From the NCBI RefSeq assembly GCF_009914755.1, contig NC_060931.1: a stretch of 64,000 nt of DNA. One strand, written 5' to 3'. A model generated the notes under the pieces. It did not search any database. It was given only the letters and a program-made list of their open reading frames with translations, and was not told where the DNA came from. Shown here piece by piece: positions 1 through 37,232 of this stretch. Source of the DNA: the human T2T-CHM13v2.0 reference genome, Homo sapiens. A program made the translations under genes and the position numbers. The first letter of the stretch is position 1. Every line of letters begins with the position of its first letter.

Positions 1-1353
1 ATTCATCATCTATCATTTAACAAAATATTTATGGAGTACTATTCTGTGCCAGGCCTGAGACAAATTCATGGAAACCTGTGTTCTTTTTTGATTTAAATTT
101 TAAGTAAAATGGATGAGTTTTTAAAATTTAAACCAGATTATTAGGTATGATGGCAAACTGTTTTTGAAGAGTCATATAAAGTTAATTTTGTGTATGTTGA
201 AACTTGCAAGGTAAACCTGGGTAGTTATTGTACATTTTAATTATATGGACAGTCTTCAACTTCCAGAGTCCAGTAATTCCTCCCAATTGAACCCATCCAG
301 TGTAAAGATGGGAAGACACCTTCAGGAAGCATTACCATTTTATTTTTTAACATCTTCTCTTGGCTTCCAAGGGTAGTGCAAGTGGGGAACCTCTCAATTC
401 CTACAGTGTTTGGACTCAACTTTTAGCCCCATTCTTATTGAGACACTCCTTCCGTGTTGAGGGGACACAACAGAGTGATATTCTGATCTCCATGGAGTAA
501 TGGGCAAGAAAATTGCCAGGGAGATCAAGAAGTGCCAGGTTGGGAGCTTACCAAGGAGTACCTTCCCCATCCCAGGTGTGCCAGAGGACCACTTTTATTC
601 AGGGCTGAGTCCCCTGTCTGGGCACATATAATACAGCTACACTGCTGGCCTAAAGCCACAAATAATATGGAATATGGAAATAATATGGAAACTATTTCTG
701 TCTTCTTCCTCTCCTATATAGAAAGCCTACTTAAGGGGTGGAATTGAATAATAAATACATGAGACCTAGAAATAAGATTTATAGGGTATTGTTTAATATG
801 AATCAATGACGTCTGTTCTTTAACTTCTTCAGAGAAAATATTTCAAATCTTTCTATAAATATAATACCTTATTATTTAAAAATTTTCAAAAACCCTGAAT
901 ATATTTTCACTGCAGACAGACATGCATGCCCACATGTGCACACACACACACACATGCATATGCACGAATGGCATTTGTTTAAAGGTTCACATTAAATAGC
1001 TTAATATATGTATGCAAGCCATCAACTGCACATCACTCCTTAAACATTTACCAAATGCTTGCATTAGATACAGTCCCTTGCAAGGCACCACTGGGATATT
1101 TTAAAAAGGAATAAAATGAGAGGATATTGTTAATGGAGGGGGGAAGACATTTTAGATACAAAGAAAATATAGAGAATAAAACTCAATGATTTAATGGCAA
1201 ATTGTCAAATTTATGATAATAGCCTCCAGTATCCAATAACAGAGCAGAGAAGTAAATGGGCCCTGGACTAGGAGGAGAAGACACTTTGGAGGGGCTTGGG
1301 GATTGAACTAGGACTTGAAAGATAAGAACAAAATGAGGAGAAAGGGAACAACA

Positions 1354-1646
1354 TTTTTTTTTTTTTGAGACAGAGTCTCGCTGTCACCCAGGCTGGAGTG
1401 CAGTGGCCCAATCTCGGCTCACTGCAGGCTCCGCTCCCTGGGGTTCATGCCATTCTCCTGCCTCAGCCTCCAGAGTAGCTGGGACTACAGGTGCCTGCCA
1501 CCTCTCCAGGGTAATTTTTTGTATTTTTAGTAGAGACGGGGTTTCACCGTGTTAGCCAGGATGGTCTCGATCTCCTGACCTCATGATCCGCCTGCTTCGG
1601 CCTCCCAAAGTGCTGGGATTACAGGCATGAGCCACCATGCCTGGCT
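1354..1646 (-). mobile_element. Alu (AluY-like) in intron 12
   Basis: Full dimer with poly-T at left; TSD GGGAACAACATT at 1344-1355 and 1647-1658. Confidence 0.95.
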
Positions 1647-1784
1647 GGGAACAACATTAATAGAGTTATAATTGGGTTGAAAAGGAGCCCAGCTGGATGG
1701 AGCTAGGCACCTGGAAGGTGAGGTCAGTCAGGATGGCCTTGGACTGTGGTAGTCCTTTATATCCACCAGAAATGCCTTAAATTA

Positions 1785-1942
1785 GTCATTCTCAACCTTG
1801 GCTTCACATGAGAAGCAATGGGGAAGCTTTTAAAGCCACACTCTGGGCAAATTAGTTTAGAATTTCTGTGATATCCCAGACATCATGAATTTTTAAAGCT
1901 CCCTGGTGATTCCAATGTACAGCTAGTGGTTGGGAGCCACTC
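1785..1942. mobile_element. MER5-like hAT DNA transposon relic
   Basis: TTCTCAACCTTGGC...GGTGATTCCAATGTACAGC...TTGGGAGCCACT resembles MER5 termini; by eye. Confidence 0.55.
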
Positions 1943-2297
1943 TCATGAGAAAGCTTCTCCAAGTTCTGGTTGGGAAGAGCAGCATTCAAAAGTCACAACA
2001 AGGTAATCATTACACTTCATGACTGTGCAAAATACTTCCCCATCTTTCCAATCGACTTGAAACTGAATGTAAACTTTGCTCAAGTTCAAGGAGACTGCAG
2101 ATAATTATGCCATGCTAATCTACATGGGCTTTACATGATGTTTTTGATGCTACAGCTTTTGAACTCCAGAACTGAAGCACCCTTAAAGATCACAGATGGG
2201 CCTAATTGATTCTTTGGCCCAGAGAACAAATTAGTAAAAGATTAAACAAGCATATTCTTTTTAAAAAATACAGACCACTCAGTTAAAAGAATTATTA

Positions 2298-25580
<23,283 letters not shown>

Positions 25581-25706
25581 CACTACTTTCCTTACTTATC
25601 TCTCTCCTCTGAGTCTTCCTTTCAGCTCTGTGTTGCTCTTTGCTGGGCTATGTGCATGGAGCTTTCCTGCCCTGCACAGCAGTGATTCAGTGAGGCTGTT
25701 GGATTG

Positions 25707-25712
25707 TTTATA
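25707..25712 (-). promoter_or_regulatory. CYP3A4: CYP3A4 TATA box
   Basis: CATATAAA about 25 nt upstream of the expected TSS near 25686. Confidence 0.9.
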
Positions 25713-25834
25713 TGCTAGAGAAGGAGGCAGGGCTGGAGCTGCAGCCAGTAGCAGGGCCACCTGTGCTCTGCCTGCAGTTGGAAGAGGCTTCTCCACCTTG
25801 GAAGTTGGCAAAGAATCACACACACACCACTCAC

Positions 25835-25852
25835 TGACCTCCTTTGAGTTCA
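25835..25852 (-). promoter_or_regulatory. CYP3A4: Proximal ER6 PXR/CAR/VDR response element
   Basis: TGAACTcaaaggAGGTCA at about -150 to -167. Confidence 0.95.
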
Positions 25853-25968
25853 TATTCTATGAGGTATCATAAACAACTCAATCAATGTTACTGGGGAGTC
25901 CAAGGGTTCTGGGTTCTTATCAGAAACTCAAGTGGAGCCATTGGCATAAAATCTATTAAATCGCCTCT

Positions 25969-25978
25969 CTCTTGCCCT
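25969..25978 (-). promoter_or_regulatory. CYP3A4: NFSE motif AGGGCAAGAG, -392A (non-*1B) allele
   Basis: Position 25972 is exactly 392 nt upstream of the ATG and reads A on the gene strand. Confidence 0.9.
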
Positions 25979-28900
25979 TGTCTCTATGGCTGTCCTCATT
26001 CCAAAATACTTGAAATTCATCCCAACAAGCCACACCTACAGATCTTTACCTATGCCTGGAGTGTGCCTGTGCCCCCTAGAAGACTCCTACACATCCTTCC
26101 AAACCCAGACAGACAGAGCCTTCTCTTAGAGTCTTTCCTCACCAAACTCCTCACACAGATGTAACCATTTCCTCCCCTGGGCACTTTCCATCCCCTTCAT
26201 GCAATCCTATTGTCCTCTTTCCTCTTTACCACCATTGTGTTTCCACGCCTGTTTCCCTGAACAGAGGTGAGCTCCTCAAGGGCATAGTCTAGTCTTATTC
26301 CCTGTCATGGCTCTGGTCCCTACCAGGGTGCTGTACACACAGTGGGCAACTAGAAAGGCTGGTGGAGTTGACTTAGCTGAGATTGCTGGGCCTCTGCATG
26401 TCATCCCTTCTGACTTTCTGGTGACTTCTTAGGTCATTAATACAGCCAGAGCTCTTGGCTGTGCCTCAGCTGCTGTCTCTGCACTTTCAGGCTGGTCCTC
26501 TGTGATTCTGTTGGCAAGGGGACCCCTAAAGGAGAGACAGGGCATGGATGAGATGGAGCTGATGGCTTGGTGGAATAGTATCAATTTGTGCTGCTTCCTG
26601 TGAACCCTTCAAAGGTCCTGCCATAGATAGCAAGTTAGACAGGTTCTTTGCCAAAGAGTGGCCCCTTCTCTCTGGAAATACTGCATGTCTGGAAACAGGA
26701 GAGAAAGGAGAGAAGAGAACAGCTGCCCAGATAGCCAGATGGACCCCAACCACCTCAGCCAGCAATGATGGGGCAGTGGTCACTGCAGGTCACACAGCAT
26801 CAAGGACTCCAGTAAGATGGTCCCAGCCTCTTGGGGGTGGAATTGGAGTTCAAAGCAAATGGCTTCCTTTTTGACAAGTGGAGGATTTTCTAATGGGAGG
26901 AGGGCAGGCCCCAGGAGCTGGTAGAGATGAGGCCTGTAATAGCAGTTGCTGCCACCTGTGAGCTCCCTGACCCATTCCTGATGGGAGAGATCTCAGTGAT
27001 GAGGGTGTGAAAATTATATCAGCTCATTATCGTCACTCACACCCAAGTTCTGTGTCTGCCTGGCCTGATGAATGGATTGCATGACAAACAAAATCACAGC
27101 GTTCTTAAAACTCAATAGAAATAGGCGATGTTTAAGCTGTGCTTGTTCGCTTCCTTCTCTCTTTATTCTTTCTCACATTCAGCCCTCCTGCAGAAACTGA
27201 TACTCACCCCAGAAAGACACCTTTTCCCATCCCTCTGGCCCCTAAGCCTCCAGGGCTGCTCGGCACCTGGCCTGAGTGGGTGAACATCATGCCAGATTCC
27301 TTGTCAGATTCAAGGCCAAGTGGGTGAATGTCATGTGCAGTGTTGTGCCAGGTGTGTGCCGGGAGCCACATGTTCCTTGGGGACAGCCTAGTGAAGCAGG
27401 AGACAAATAAACATGCTTGGATGGTGGTATGCATGTGCTGTAACTCTGGAATCCCTGGGATAAAAGAGCCGTACAGAGAGGCACCTAAGGAAAGAAGTGA
27501 CAGCAAGCATCAAACCAAAAAGGACAAACATGGGAAGGTGGTGACAATCCCCAAGAGAGGTAGGATAAAAGTCCAGGGAATTTAGATACATTTCTGTCTC
27601 CTTTCAGTGGCTTTGCTGAGCACATTAAGTAGGGGCCATGCTACTATCCCCAGTTTACAGATGTAGAAACTGAGGCTCAGTGACTGCAAGTAGCTTCCCA
27701 ACTGCTACTGATCACAATAAAACTTTATAAAAAGCTAACAGGAAGGGAGATATTAGGTCCTCTCCTGCTCTGGTGCACCTGCCATTCCCTGCTACGCATC
27801 ACTATGGGAAATAGTGAGACTCAAGGCTGCAACCACAAATTGGTTGGGATTTGTGTTCCTGTCTCAAGGGTTACTCCCAGCGGCACCACCATGGGTCTTC
27901 TAGAACAAAGGACTCCATCTCATCTCAGCAGGGAGAAAGAAAGATGCAGTTTCTGACCATATCAGTGGCATTGCTGGAGGATCTCCCTCTCTATGTTCCC
28001 ACACTGAGAGATGCACAGAACACATTCAGAGAAGTAAAGATTCCAGTGTCATCTGATAACTATCAACAACTTCATTACCTCACCTAAACCGAGAGCCTTT
28101 CTTATATTTTTTTTAAACAAAACTCTTACAGAAACAAATATGTTTTCTTCTTGCCTCTAAAACACATACTTGGTAAGATGATTTTTATTCTAAGATGAGG
28201 ATTTACCTGCCCTACAAACTTTAGGAGGTGGTCTGATTGGTTTGAATCTATACCAACAGTGAGAGACTAATCATCGCTTGGGACTTAAATGCAGCCAGCA
28301 CTGTGTCCTAACTAATGCAGTTGGTGTTGTTCTGCAAAGGAAAATAATTGAAGGCAAGTTCTGCCACTTAATTCCACAGAAGGTAACATCTTCTAACATG
28401 TAGGGACTTGACTACTGAGAGCTGCACTGACTGTGTCAAGGAAGATACATCCAACCACCACATGCCTCTCCCCTGCTCATTTCCTGTATTAAAGCCTTCA
28501 TCATGTTTTTTAAAGCTGTGCTCTCAATACTGTGCTCTCAGTACTGTGCTCTTAGTACTATGCTTCCAACCAAAGTTGGTCTTGGTCAACTTTGTACCCT
28601 AAGCACATAGAGCAGAGACAAATAAGCAGATAATTATAGTACAGCTAAGGAAAAATAATCATACAAGTATGAGAAACATAATGTCCTTATCAACAATGAA
28701 AGACTTATCTTCTTTCTCGTTCTAGTTTCATTGGATCAAAGTTCAATCTCAACATTCAGAGAAGCATTAGGCTCAGATATCAGCATCAGTGGACAGGCTG
28801 TCCAGGGACTCAACGTTGTAAAGAACACCATCACTCTGATATTTTCATCCTTTTATATTGGTAGCCCAAGTGGTACCTCTCTTCTGGGAAGCTTATCCTG

Positions 28901-29149
28901 ACTTCCAGTAGCCAAGTGAATTGCTGATGGTATGCGGAGGCAACATTGCTCTGGAATTACATGTGTATTCGATTCAAATTTCACAAGTCATGATCTTGAG
29001 GATGTAAACCAAAAAAAAAAAAGAAGAAGAAGATTATCTCTCTGTAACTCAGCTGTCAAGTCCCCATTCTTCTCAGTAGGGGAAAACTTGATTTTGCATG
29101 TTGGGGTGACCACGTGGTATCTAAGTTTTGCTCTTATTTATTTTTAAAA

Positions 29150-29428
29150 TTGTTTTGAGGCAGGGTGTCACTCTGTTGCCCAGGCTAGAGTTCAGTGCTG
29201 TGATTATAGCTTACTGTTGTTTCCACCTCCTGGGCTCAAGTGATCCTCCCACCTCAGCCTCCTTAGTAGCTGGGACTACAGGCATGCAACAACGCCCAGC
29301 TAATTTTTAGTACAGATGGGACCTAGCTATGTTGCCCAGGCTGATCTCAAACTCCTGGCCTCAAGTGATCCTCCTGCTGCTGTCTCCTGAAGTTCTGGGA
29401 TTTCAGATGGGAGCCACCACACCTGGCC
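29150..29428 (-). mobile_element. AluJ
   Basis: Diverged Alu with GGGCTCAAGTGATCCTCCCACC. Confidence 0.9.
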
Positions 29429-30289
29429 TTTAAGTTTTAGTGGCTGGAGGAGGGGATTAGCTAATGCTTTTGGGCCTCATGCTTGGGGGTGGTGTTGAGG
29501 AGAGTGACAGGTGCATGGTTATGCTCTCTTGGCACTGGAGGAGGTAGGTGTCTCACTTTCATGACTTTCATGCCACTGTATGTTGGTTAGCCTGTATGCC
29601 TGCTGTGTTCAGGGCATGTGGCAAGCACTAAATATTAAAGAATCAAAATCCTTGCCCTTATGAAGCTAGCACTCATATAGGAGAAAGAGACACCAAACAG
29701 CCACACAAATAATACTGAATTACAAATTGGGATAAATGCTATGAAGTAAAAGAACCCTTTACTTAAGCTCCCAGTGGTATCAGACACAGTTGATCCTTCT
29801 TTCTTCCCTAAACTCTATCTCCCTTTGAGAGACATGAATACAACAGAATCAACAAGACTTGACAGATGGGAAGTGTGAGACCTTGGATATTCCTGGGCCT
29901 GTTTCCTCATCTGTCCATGGGGGAAACTGACCAGAATTGGCCTGTGAAGACCAAGGTTCTCCTTGTCCCAATCAGAAGACCCCTGCAGGACTGCCTGCCT
30001 CTCAGCCTCTGTGTCCCTCTAGGATTTTTGAAGACATTCCCTGTTCTCTATTCTCCTCTTATAGATCACTTAGGGTCCACCAGGTCTTCCAGCCCAATCA
30101 AGGACCAACAGCTCCTGTGGGCGGGAGGAAGAGCAAAGGTGGGATAGGATGGAACTGGGAGAAGATAACCACCCATTTAGGCCCTGAACTTTAAATTCTG
30201 GATTGGTTTCTTAACTGAGATTGCAGAGAAAAGGTTTCACACATGCTCACACCCACTCACACACAGCTCTTACTCCAGGAAATGATAGT

Positions 30290-30510
30290 GAATACGTGTC
30301 ATGCTAAGTACTTCCCCTGCATTAACTGATTCAATCTGTCCAACAATCATGTGGTATTGATACTGTTATGATCCCTATTTTACAGATGAGCAAACTAAGC
30401 CACAGGAAGGTTAACTGACCCATTAAAGTTTACATCACTAATTGCTTTAGCAGAGCCAGGATTCAAATTTAGATCCTCTAGCTTGAGAGCCCAGGGTCAT
30501 AATCTGTTAA
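30290..30510. mobile_element. MIR relic
   Basis: CCCTATTTTACAGATGAGCAAACTAAG...AGAGCCAGGATTCAAA core; another MIR core at about 27640-27700. Confidence 0.7.
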
Positions 30511-30744
30511 CACAGGCCCAACCTTGCCCAAGGCCACACAGAGTTAGTGAGGAACTAGCAGTGCAGCCCAGGCCTTCTGAATGGGTAGTGGCCAGAGTTC
30601 TGCCCCTACTCTGGGACAAAGTGAGGTCCCCTAGCAAACTCGTCAGTGAGGGCTGGGGTGAAGCAATGTCCTTCCTTCTCTCTGCCTGCCCTTGTCCTGA
30701 AGTATAAGCACTTCTGTAGACTTTATGACAAAAAAGAACAGGAG

Positions 30745-30880
30745 CTCTCTCTCTCCTGCCGCCTTGTGAAGAAGGTGCCTTCTTCCCCTTTGCCTCCTGC
30801 TATGACTGAGAGTTTCCCGAGGCCTCCCCAGCCATATGGAACTGTGAGTCAATTAAACCTCTTTTCTTTATAAATTAATA
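30745..30880 (+). mobile_element. THE1 LTR 3' fragment
   Basis: CCTGCCGCCTTGTGAAGAAGG...GAGGCCTCCCCAGCC...GTGAGTCAATTAAACCTCTTTTCTTTATAAATTA. Confidence 0.85.
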
Positions 30881-32208
30881 AAAAGAAGAAGAGGAGGAGG
30901 ACTCAATCATAACTGTTGGCTTTCTACTCCATTCTAGAGTGTCTATTTCTTGATAAAGTAACCACTAACATCTCCATGGCACTTCACAGTTTATACAGTT
31001 CTTTCCCAACTCTCTTAACATCAGCAAGAAAACTTTGTAAGATGAGTAGTGTTAGGATGATTTAACTCATACTTTATAGACATGGGAACAGACAGCTGGA
31101 AAGAGACTTGCAGAAGTGACTATGCCATGAAGCCAAGGCATGGAGCAGGATGCTGTGATTACAAATTGTGCCGGTAGCATTCTTGCTGGGATTCCAAGGA
31201 GGCTCCTAAAATAACTTGGCAGGTTGTGTCAGCCACACATGTGATAAATATTTCTCTCTACACCTCCCAGCACACTGCCAGTGTAGTTATAAAATGCTAC
31301 AGAGCTGGTTGTGACCACGAAAACGACATGTGCATCCTACACTTTACTAAATTGTGTATTCAGTGAACTCATGGTTTCAGCAGAAAGGCAAATGTTGCAA
31401 ATAATTCTGACATGTCACAATCAGAATCATTTGTGTTTCCAGGAAAGCAAAAAGTAAAAGGTGATGAAACCAACAGGTAAAAGAGAAATCAGAGAATGTG
31501 AGGCAAATTTCAGAAGAGCACGTGGAAGGGAATTAATGAAACAGGAAATTAGTGAAGGAAATGAAGATCATCATGAGATGTGTTACAAAACGTCAGCACA
31601 ACCTACACCATTTCTCATACTCCTTATTTCAGTAACCCCCTAACTTGTTTTGCCTGACCCTGGGCAGGACTTATCCAGGGAATTCCCTACTCAGCCACCA
31701 GAAAGCGTCTTGAAAAACATAGATCTTGAAACATGTTTCTTTCCTTGTCTTCAGTCCCTCCAACTGCTCCTATCACCCACAGGATAAAATCTAAGTATCT
31801 CTAGGAAGTAACACAAGACCCTTTCTGATCTGGCCACTGTTAGCTTCTTCATTCGGTCTCAGTCCACTTTTCCAAGTGTGCATGATGTTTTAAGCAAATG
31901 GTGTGATTGGACACTCCTCAGGCTCTACAAAAATGACATATCCGTGTCTCCTTGTGTCCACACAAGCTGTTCTTCAGCATAGAGTGGGTCCAACCCAGCT
32001 TCCATCTGGTGCATTCCTAACCATCCTTCAGGAGTCAGCCAGGGCATCATCTCCCCAACAAGCCTCTTCCATGACCTCAGCAGGCAGGTGCTGGAGAGGG
32101 TCCCACTGGTGCTTTCTCACAGTTCCAACAGCTGAACACACAGTGGCTGTCATCCTGGGATGCTCACAGCATTCACATGCATGGGGAGCTTCTAAAAACC
32201 ACAGGTTC

Positions 32209-32516
32209 ACTGGGTGTGGTGGCTCATGCTTGTAATCTCAACACTTTGGGAGGCCAAGCCGGGCAGATCATGAGATCAGGAGTTCGAGACCAGCTTGGCC
32301 AATATTGTGAAACCCCATCTGTACTAAAAATACAAAAATTAGCAGGGTGTGTCGGTGGGTGCCTGTAATTCCAGCTACTCAGGAGGCTGAGGCAGGAGAA
32401 TTGCTTGAATCTGGGAGGTGGAGGTTGCAGTGAGCCAAGATCGGGCCATTGCACTCCAACTCCAGCCTGGGTGACAGAGTGAGACTCCGACTCAAGAAAC
32501 AAACAAACAAACAAAA
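32209..32516 (+). mobile_element. AluS
   Basis: Full dimer, (AAAC)n tail, TSD CCACAGGTTC (32199, 32520). Confidence 0.93.
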
Positions 32517-32639
32517 CCCCCACAGGTTCCTGGGCCTACCAGAAATGAGAAGGGCTTGCCCAGGGGCCTAACAATGAGGAGGCAGGGACCATTGAGGGCC
32601 ATCTGGAGAGAATCCAAAGTGTCCCATCAATCCAGAGAC

Positions 32640-33120
32640 ATGAAAAAAAGGCATCATGCCCAACTCATTCCATGAGGGCCATAACCACATGATCCAAATC
32701 AGAAAAAAATCAGGACTGCAAAGGAAGATGGCATGCCAGTCTCATTGATGAGCATCAGTGCAAAAATCCTAAACAAAACAGTAGCAAGCCACAGACAGCA
32801 ATGATCAAAGATGACACACCATGACCAAGTTGAATTTAAACCTGAGACTCAAGAATGGTTAACAGAGAAATAGTATAAATACCAATGATCTCGTCAACAG
32901 GTTAAAGGAGAATGGTTATAAGATCATCTCAATGGTTTTAGGAAAAGGCTTTGATAGTTCAATAACAATATATTAATAATATATGATAATAATATTCAAC
33001 TTTCATTTATGATATAAAAACCTTCAACAACTAATAGCAGGGAATTTTCTTAATCTGATGAAAGCATCTACCAAAAAAAACTTAGAGAAAACATTATTCT
33101 TAGTAGTATAAAAGCATTAT
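32640..33120 (+). mobile_element. Ancient L1M ORF2 fragment overlapping the proximal XREM
   Basis: Colinear degenerate matches to L1 ORF2 at about 54210-54610 of this window. Confidence 0.65.
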
Positions 33121-33520
33121 GCTCTTATACCTTCTTAGTGTTTACCATGTGCACATATTACCTTTTCAAAACTAGTAACATTTTTTTTAAACAAAAAAAA
33201 TCCTATCAATTAACTTACTTTTTTCTGTAATTGAAAAGAATATGATAGCTTGTTCTTGTCAGAAGTTCAGCTTGTGATTCACCTGGGGTCAACACAGGAC
33301 AAGGTTTAATAATCACTGAAATAATTAAACTTTGTAATGCCTCATGAGGCTGCTTGAACCGACATGATTTCAAGGGCACCGAGAGGCTGGAGGAAAGCAG
33401 AGGGTCAGCAAGTTCATTCAGCTGAGATCATCTCAGTTTACAAACTGGGCTTTATGACCTTTAATTGGGACATGAGTTTCTTTGATAATCAAATGAAAGG
33501 AATGAACCATCTCTCTAGAA
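32890..33520 (-). promoter_or_regulatory. CYP3A4: XREM distal xenobiotic-responsive enhancer (about -7.2 to -7.8 kb)
   Basis: dNR1 DR3 TGAACTtgcTGACCC 33402-33416; dNR2 ER6 TGAAATcatgtcGGTTCA 33355-33372; HNF4A DR1 CAATTAaAGGTCA 33455-33467; DR4 TGACCCcaggTGAATC 33276-33291; dNR3 32956-32970. Confidence 0.93.
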
Positions 33521-34063
33521 TAAACCAGCAACCAGCATTTTTGCATGAAGTTCCAAGGGGACCCCAGAGAGACATGTTACTAGGAAGCTTGCCAAACCCA
33601 GTGACTTTCCAGGGGACCTGCCCACCCAAGTGCAGCCCACGCCTGACACCCAGCCCTCAATGCCCTATTCTGATCGGTTACATGGTTATCTCCAGGACCA
33701 TGGGGCCCTCTCTATCAGTGTGAATGGGTTCTCCACTGTGCCCTGTGCTATGACACAACACAGGGCAACAGAACCATAAGGGAAGGTGTGAACAAGACCT
33801 TTGCAGACAGAGCCATACTGAAACCCTAGGTAGGGTACTTCACCACACGGAGGGAACTGGAGAGACACCAGGAGTTCTGGGAAGGCAGAGATAAGGGGAT
33901 CTGGAACTACCTGGGGTGAAGTCTTCCTAAAGGAGTGACTGTTTGCATTATCATAGAGAAGTGTTTGGACAGAAGAAGGGAAAGTGAGAAGCATTTCAGG
34001 CTGTGAGAATGGTCCAGCTTTTTTTAGTAATAAAAAAATAGAAAACGTAGAAATTACTTTTAA

Positions 34064-34415
<352 letters not shown>

Positions 34416-34716
34416 ACTTTATTATGAACAAGGTTGAATATTTCTGTATTTTTGACAGCTGCATTTCTTCTTTGATAAAATGTTCATGTCCTTTGCCCTT
34501 GTGATACCTGTTGGAGTTGCTTTGTTTTTCATGTCAAGCTATAATAAATATAATTTAACTGGCAAAGAGAGAAAGGCCCAGCTTAACCCTTATTATCATT
34601 GTTGAGTCATTTTTTGGTTGCAAGGTACAGTGTCTGTATCGAGGCAGTTTCAATTACTGCTAATAAAGAAGCCATCTGGCCAGGAATCATGCCAGCATGT
34701 GGATATTATACTTTTA

Positions 34717-34729
34717 GGGCAAAGGTTCT
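34717..34729 (+). promoter_or_regulatory. Candidate HNF4A DR1 at about -9.0 kb
   Basis: GGGCAAAGGTTCT with CAAAG core; motif match only. Confidence 0.45.
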
Positions 34730-34859
34730 GCCCTCCACCGGTCAGCAAGAGGCTTAAGGCTGGCCGGGGACCCCAGATAACATCACCGGGCTTGGCAGGC
34801 ACCACAGTGACCTGTTCCATGCCTGCTAGTGTATATTTCTGAGGTTTAAAATATGTATA

Positions 34860-35640
34860 GGGATGAAATTCACATAACATAAAATTAACCATTTTTTTAT
34901 GATTATCCAATCTCAGGACTGAAAATTAACCATTTTAAGGTGAAAAAAATCAGTGGAATTCAGTACATTCTGTGTTCTGCAATCACTACCTCTATCTAGT
35001 TGCAAAATGTTCCCATCATTCCAAAATAAAGCCTGTACCAGTTGAGCAGTTTCTCCCCACTCTCCCCTCTCCCCAGACCCTGGCATCCACCATTGCACAT
35101 TCTGTCTCTGTGGGCTTCCCTCTTCTGGATATTTTGTATGATGCAATATATGGACTTTCGTTTCTGGCCTTCACTTCATAGTAAAGTGAGGCTATCCATT
35201 CTGTAGCATGTGTTCATCCATTTTTTTTGCGGTTCATCCATTCTGTAGCATGCGTCAGTACTTCATTCCATTTATGGCCGAATAATATTCCATTGTATGG
35301 ATAGACCACAATTTATTTATCCATCCATCGATGGACATGTGGGCTATTAGCACCTTTTGGCCCTTGTGAATTGGACTGTTAGAAATATGTGAGTCCGTGT
35401 ATTTTAGTAACTGTTTTTAATCCTCTCAGATCTATAACTTAGAGGGGAATTGCTGGGTCACATTGAAATTCTGTTGAACTTTTTGAGGAAACTCCAAGCT
35501 GTTTTCCATAGCAGCAGCACCGTATTACATTCTCACCAGCAATGGGTGAGAATTCCAATTTCTCCATGTTCTTGTCAACACTTGTTATCTTCCTTCAAAA
35601 AAAAAATAGCCATCTGAGTGGGTGTGAAGTGGTAATTTTT
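34860..35640 (-). mobile_element. L1MB-like 3' end
   Basis: Reverse complement of an L1M 3'UTR/ORF2 end (TATTCCATTGTATGGATA, GGAATTGCTGGGTCA). Confidence 0.8.
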
Positions 35641-35686
35641 CTGGGATTTTGAATTTGTGCAACCACAAACAATTAGGAACCTGTGA

Positions 35687-36080
<394 letters not shown>

Positions 36081-36199
36081 AGGCTCCTGGGCTTTCTATG
36101 GACTCCAGAGACATCTCGTTCTGTAGAGAGAAGACAGTGAGTAGGGATCCTTGGAATATGACTGACGTGCAGGCCCTGTCTGAGTTATTTAAACTTCCT

Positions 36200-37100
36200 C
36201 AGCCTCAGTTGCCTAATCTACAAAATGGGTGTTAATAATTCTGTCTTTCCCTCCCAAAGGAGCTCAGAGGAGACCAGACCCTGGCCTGTGATCTGCAGTG
36301 GGCTTGGGACCTAGATCTGCAAGTCTGGCTGGTGTTGGCTTTGACTAGAGAGAACGGGGAATATTACCAAGCCTAGTACCTGACTCTTGGCAGTCCTTCC
36401 ATAAACGTTTGCTCAATATGAAAACAGTTAGTTCAGTAGTTGCCGAGAGACAGGACAAGAGTTATAGAGTAACCCGACATTACATAACGTATTTTCTTTT
36501 TATCAAGAAGGGGAGACATGAGTTCAAGTTTTACTGAACAAATAATTGAAAGGTTGGGCGCTTGCTAAGCAGGGTCTCTGAGCCACAGAGTGACCTACGG
36601 AAGGGAGCATTGGAGAAGGCAGGAATTGGAAGGTGGGAAACAGCCAGATCAGACCAGACATGTGATTAGGAGGAAATGAAAGGACAACTGGAACATATTG
36701 TCAGAATGAAGTCATCACAGTAGTCCAGACCCCTCCAAATCTGTTGTTTACTCACGTGACCGTGGGCAAAATCCTTTTACTCTCATTCCCTATCTAGCCA
36801 TTAGAACCACATGTTCTTGATGCCCAGGATTCTATGAGCTAAGTTCAAAGCTTCCAAGGTTGCAGACCACGAGACAGAGATAAAATGCAGGCATGGTGGC
36901 TGAGATCAGCAGCCAGCTAAAATATGTTGCAGTTTAAATAATACCAGCAGTGATGACACATATCTAATATTTTCCTACCATCTTACTGGCATAATCCTTG
37001 TTGAATATTAAACAATTAACTCAACTTTGCACATGAACTTCAGGAAGTTCAGATTCTAACGACTACTGCAGACAGGTTGAGAATATGAGTAGGCTTACCC
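36200..37100 (-). promoter_or_regulatory. CYP3A4: CLEM4 constitutive liver enhancer region (about -10.5 to -11.4 kb)
   Basis: Position plus motifs: FOXA-like TGTTTAC 36745-36751 next to E-box CACGTG 36753-36758; E-box CACATG 36808-36813; HNF1-like GTTAATTGTTTAAT 37007-37020 adjacent to HNF4-like TGTGCAAAGTTGA 37021-37033. Confidence 0.8.
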
Positions 37101-37232
37101 CAAAACACATTATTAGGGTCAATTCCAGTGCCTGCCATTGAAAGTCAAGGTTTCTTTGACAGGTTTAATTCTCTCAGAATATGTATCAAAGTAGAACCTG
37201 AAAGACAGCTACTTACATGCCCAGAAATTATT

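Noticed and set aside
26526-26783. Novel small protein family (similar ORF at 59321-59695)
   Set aside because: The similarity is explained by the inverted promoter duplication; frames, starts and stops are not conserved between the copies
28516-28564. 14-bp tandem repeat (CTGTGCTCTCAGTA, about 3.5 copies) as an array-type system
   Set aside because: No spacers; an ordinary short slippage repeat. No CRISPR-like, tRNA or rRNA features were seen anywhere in the window
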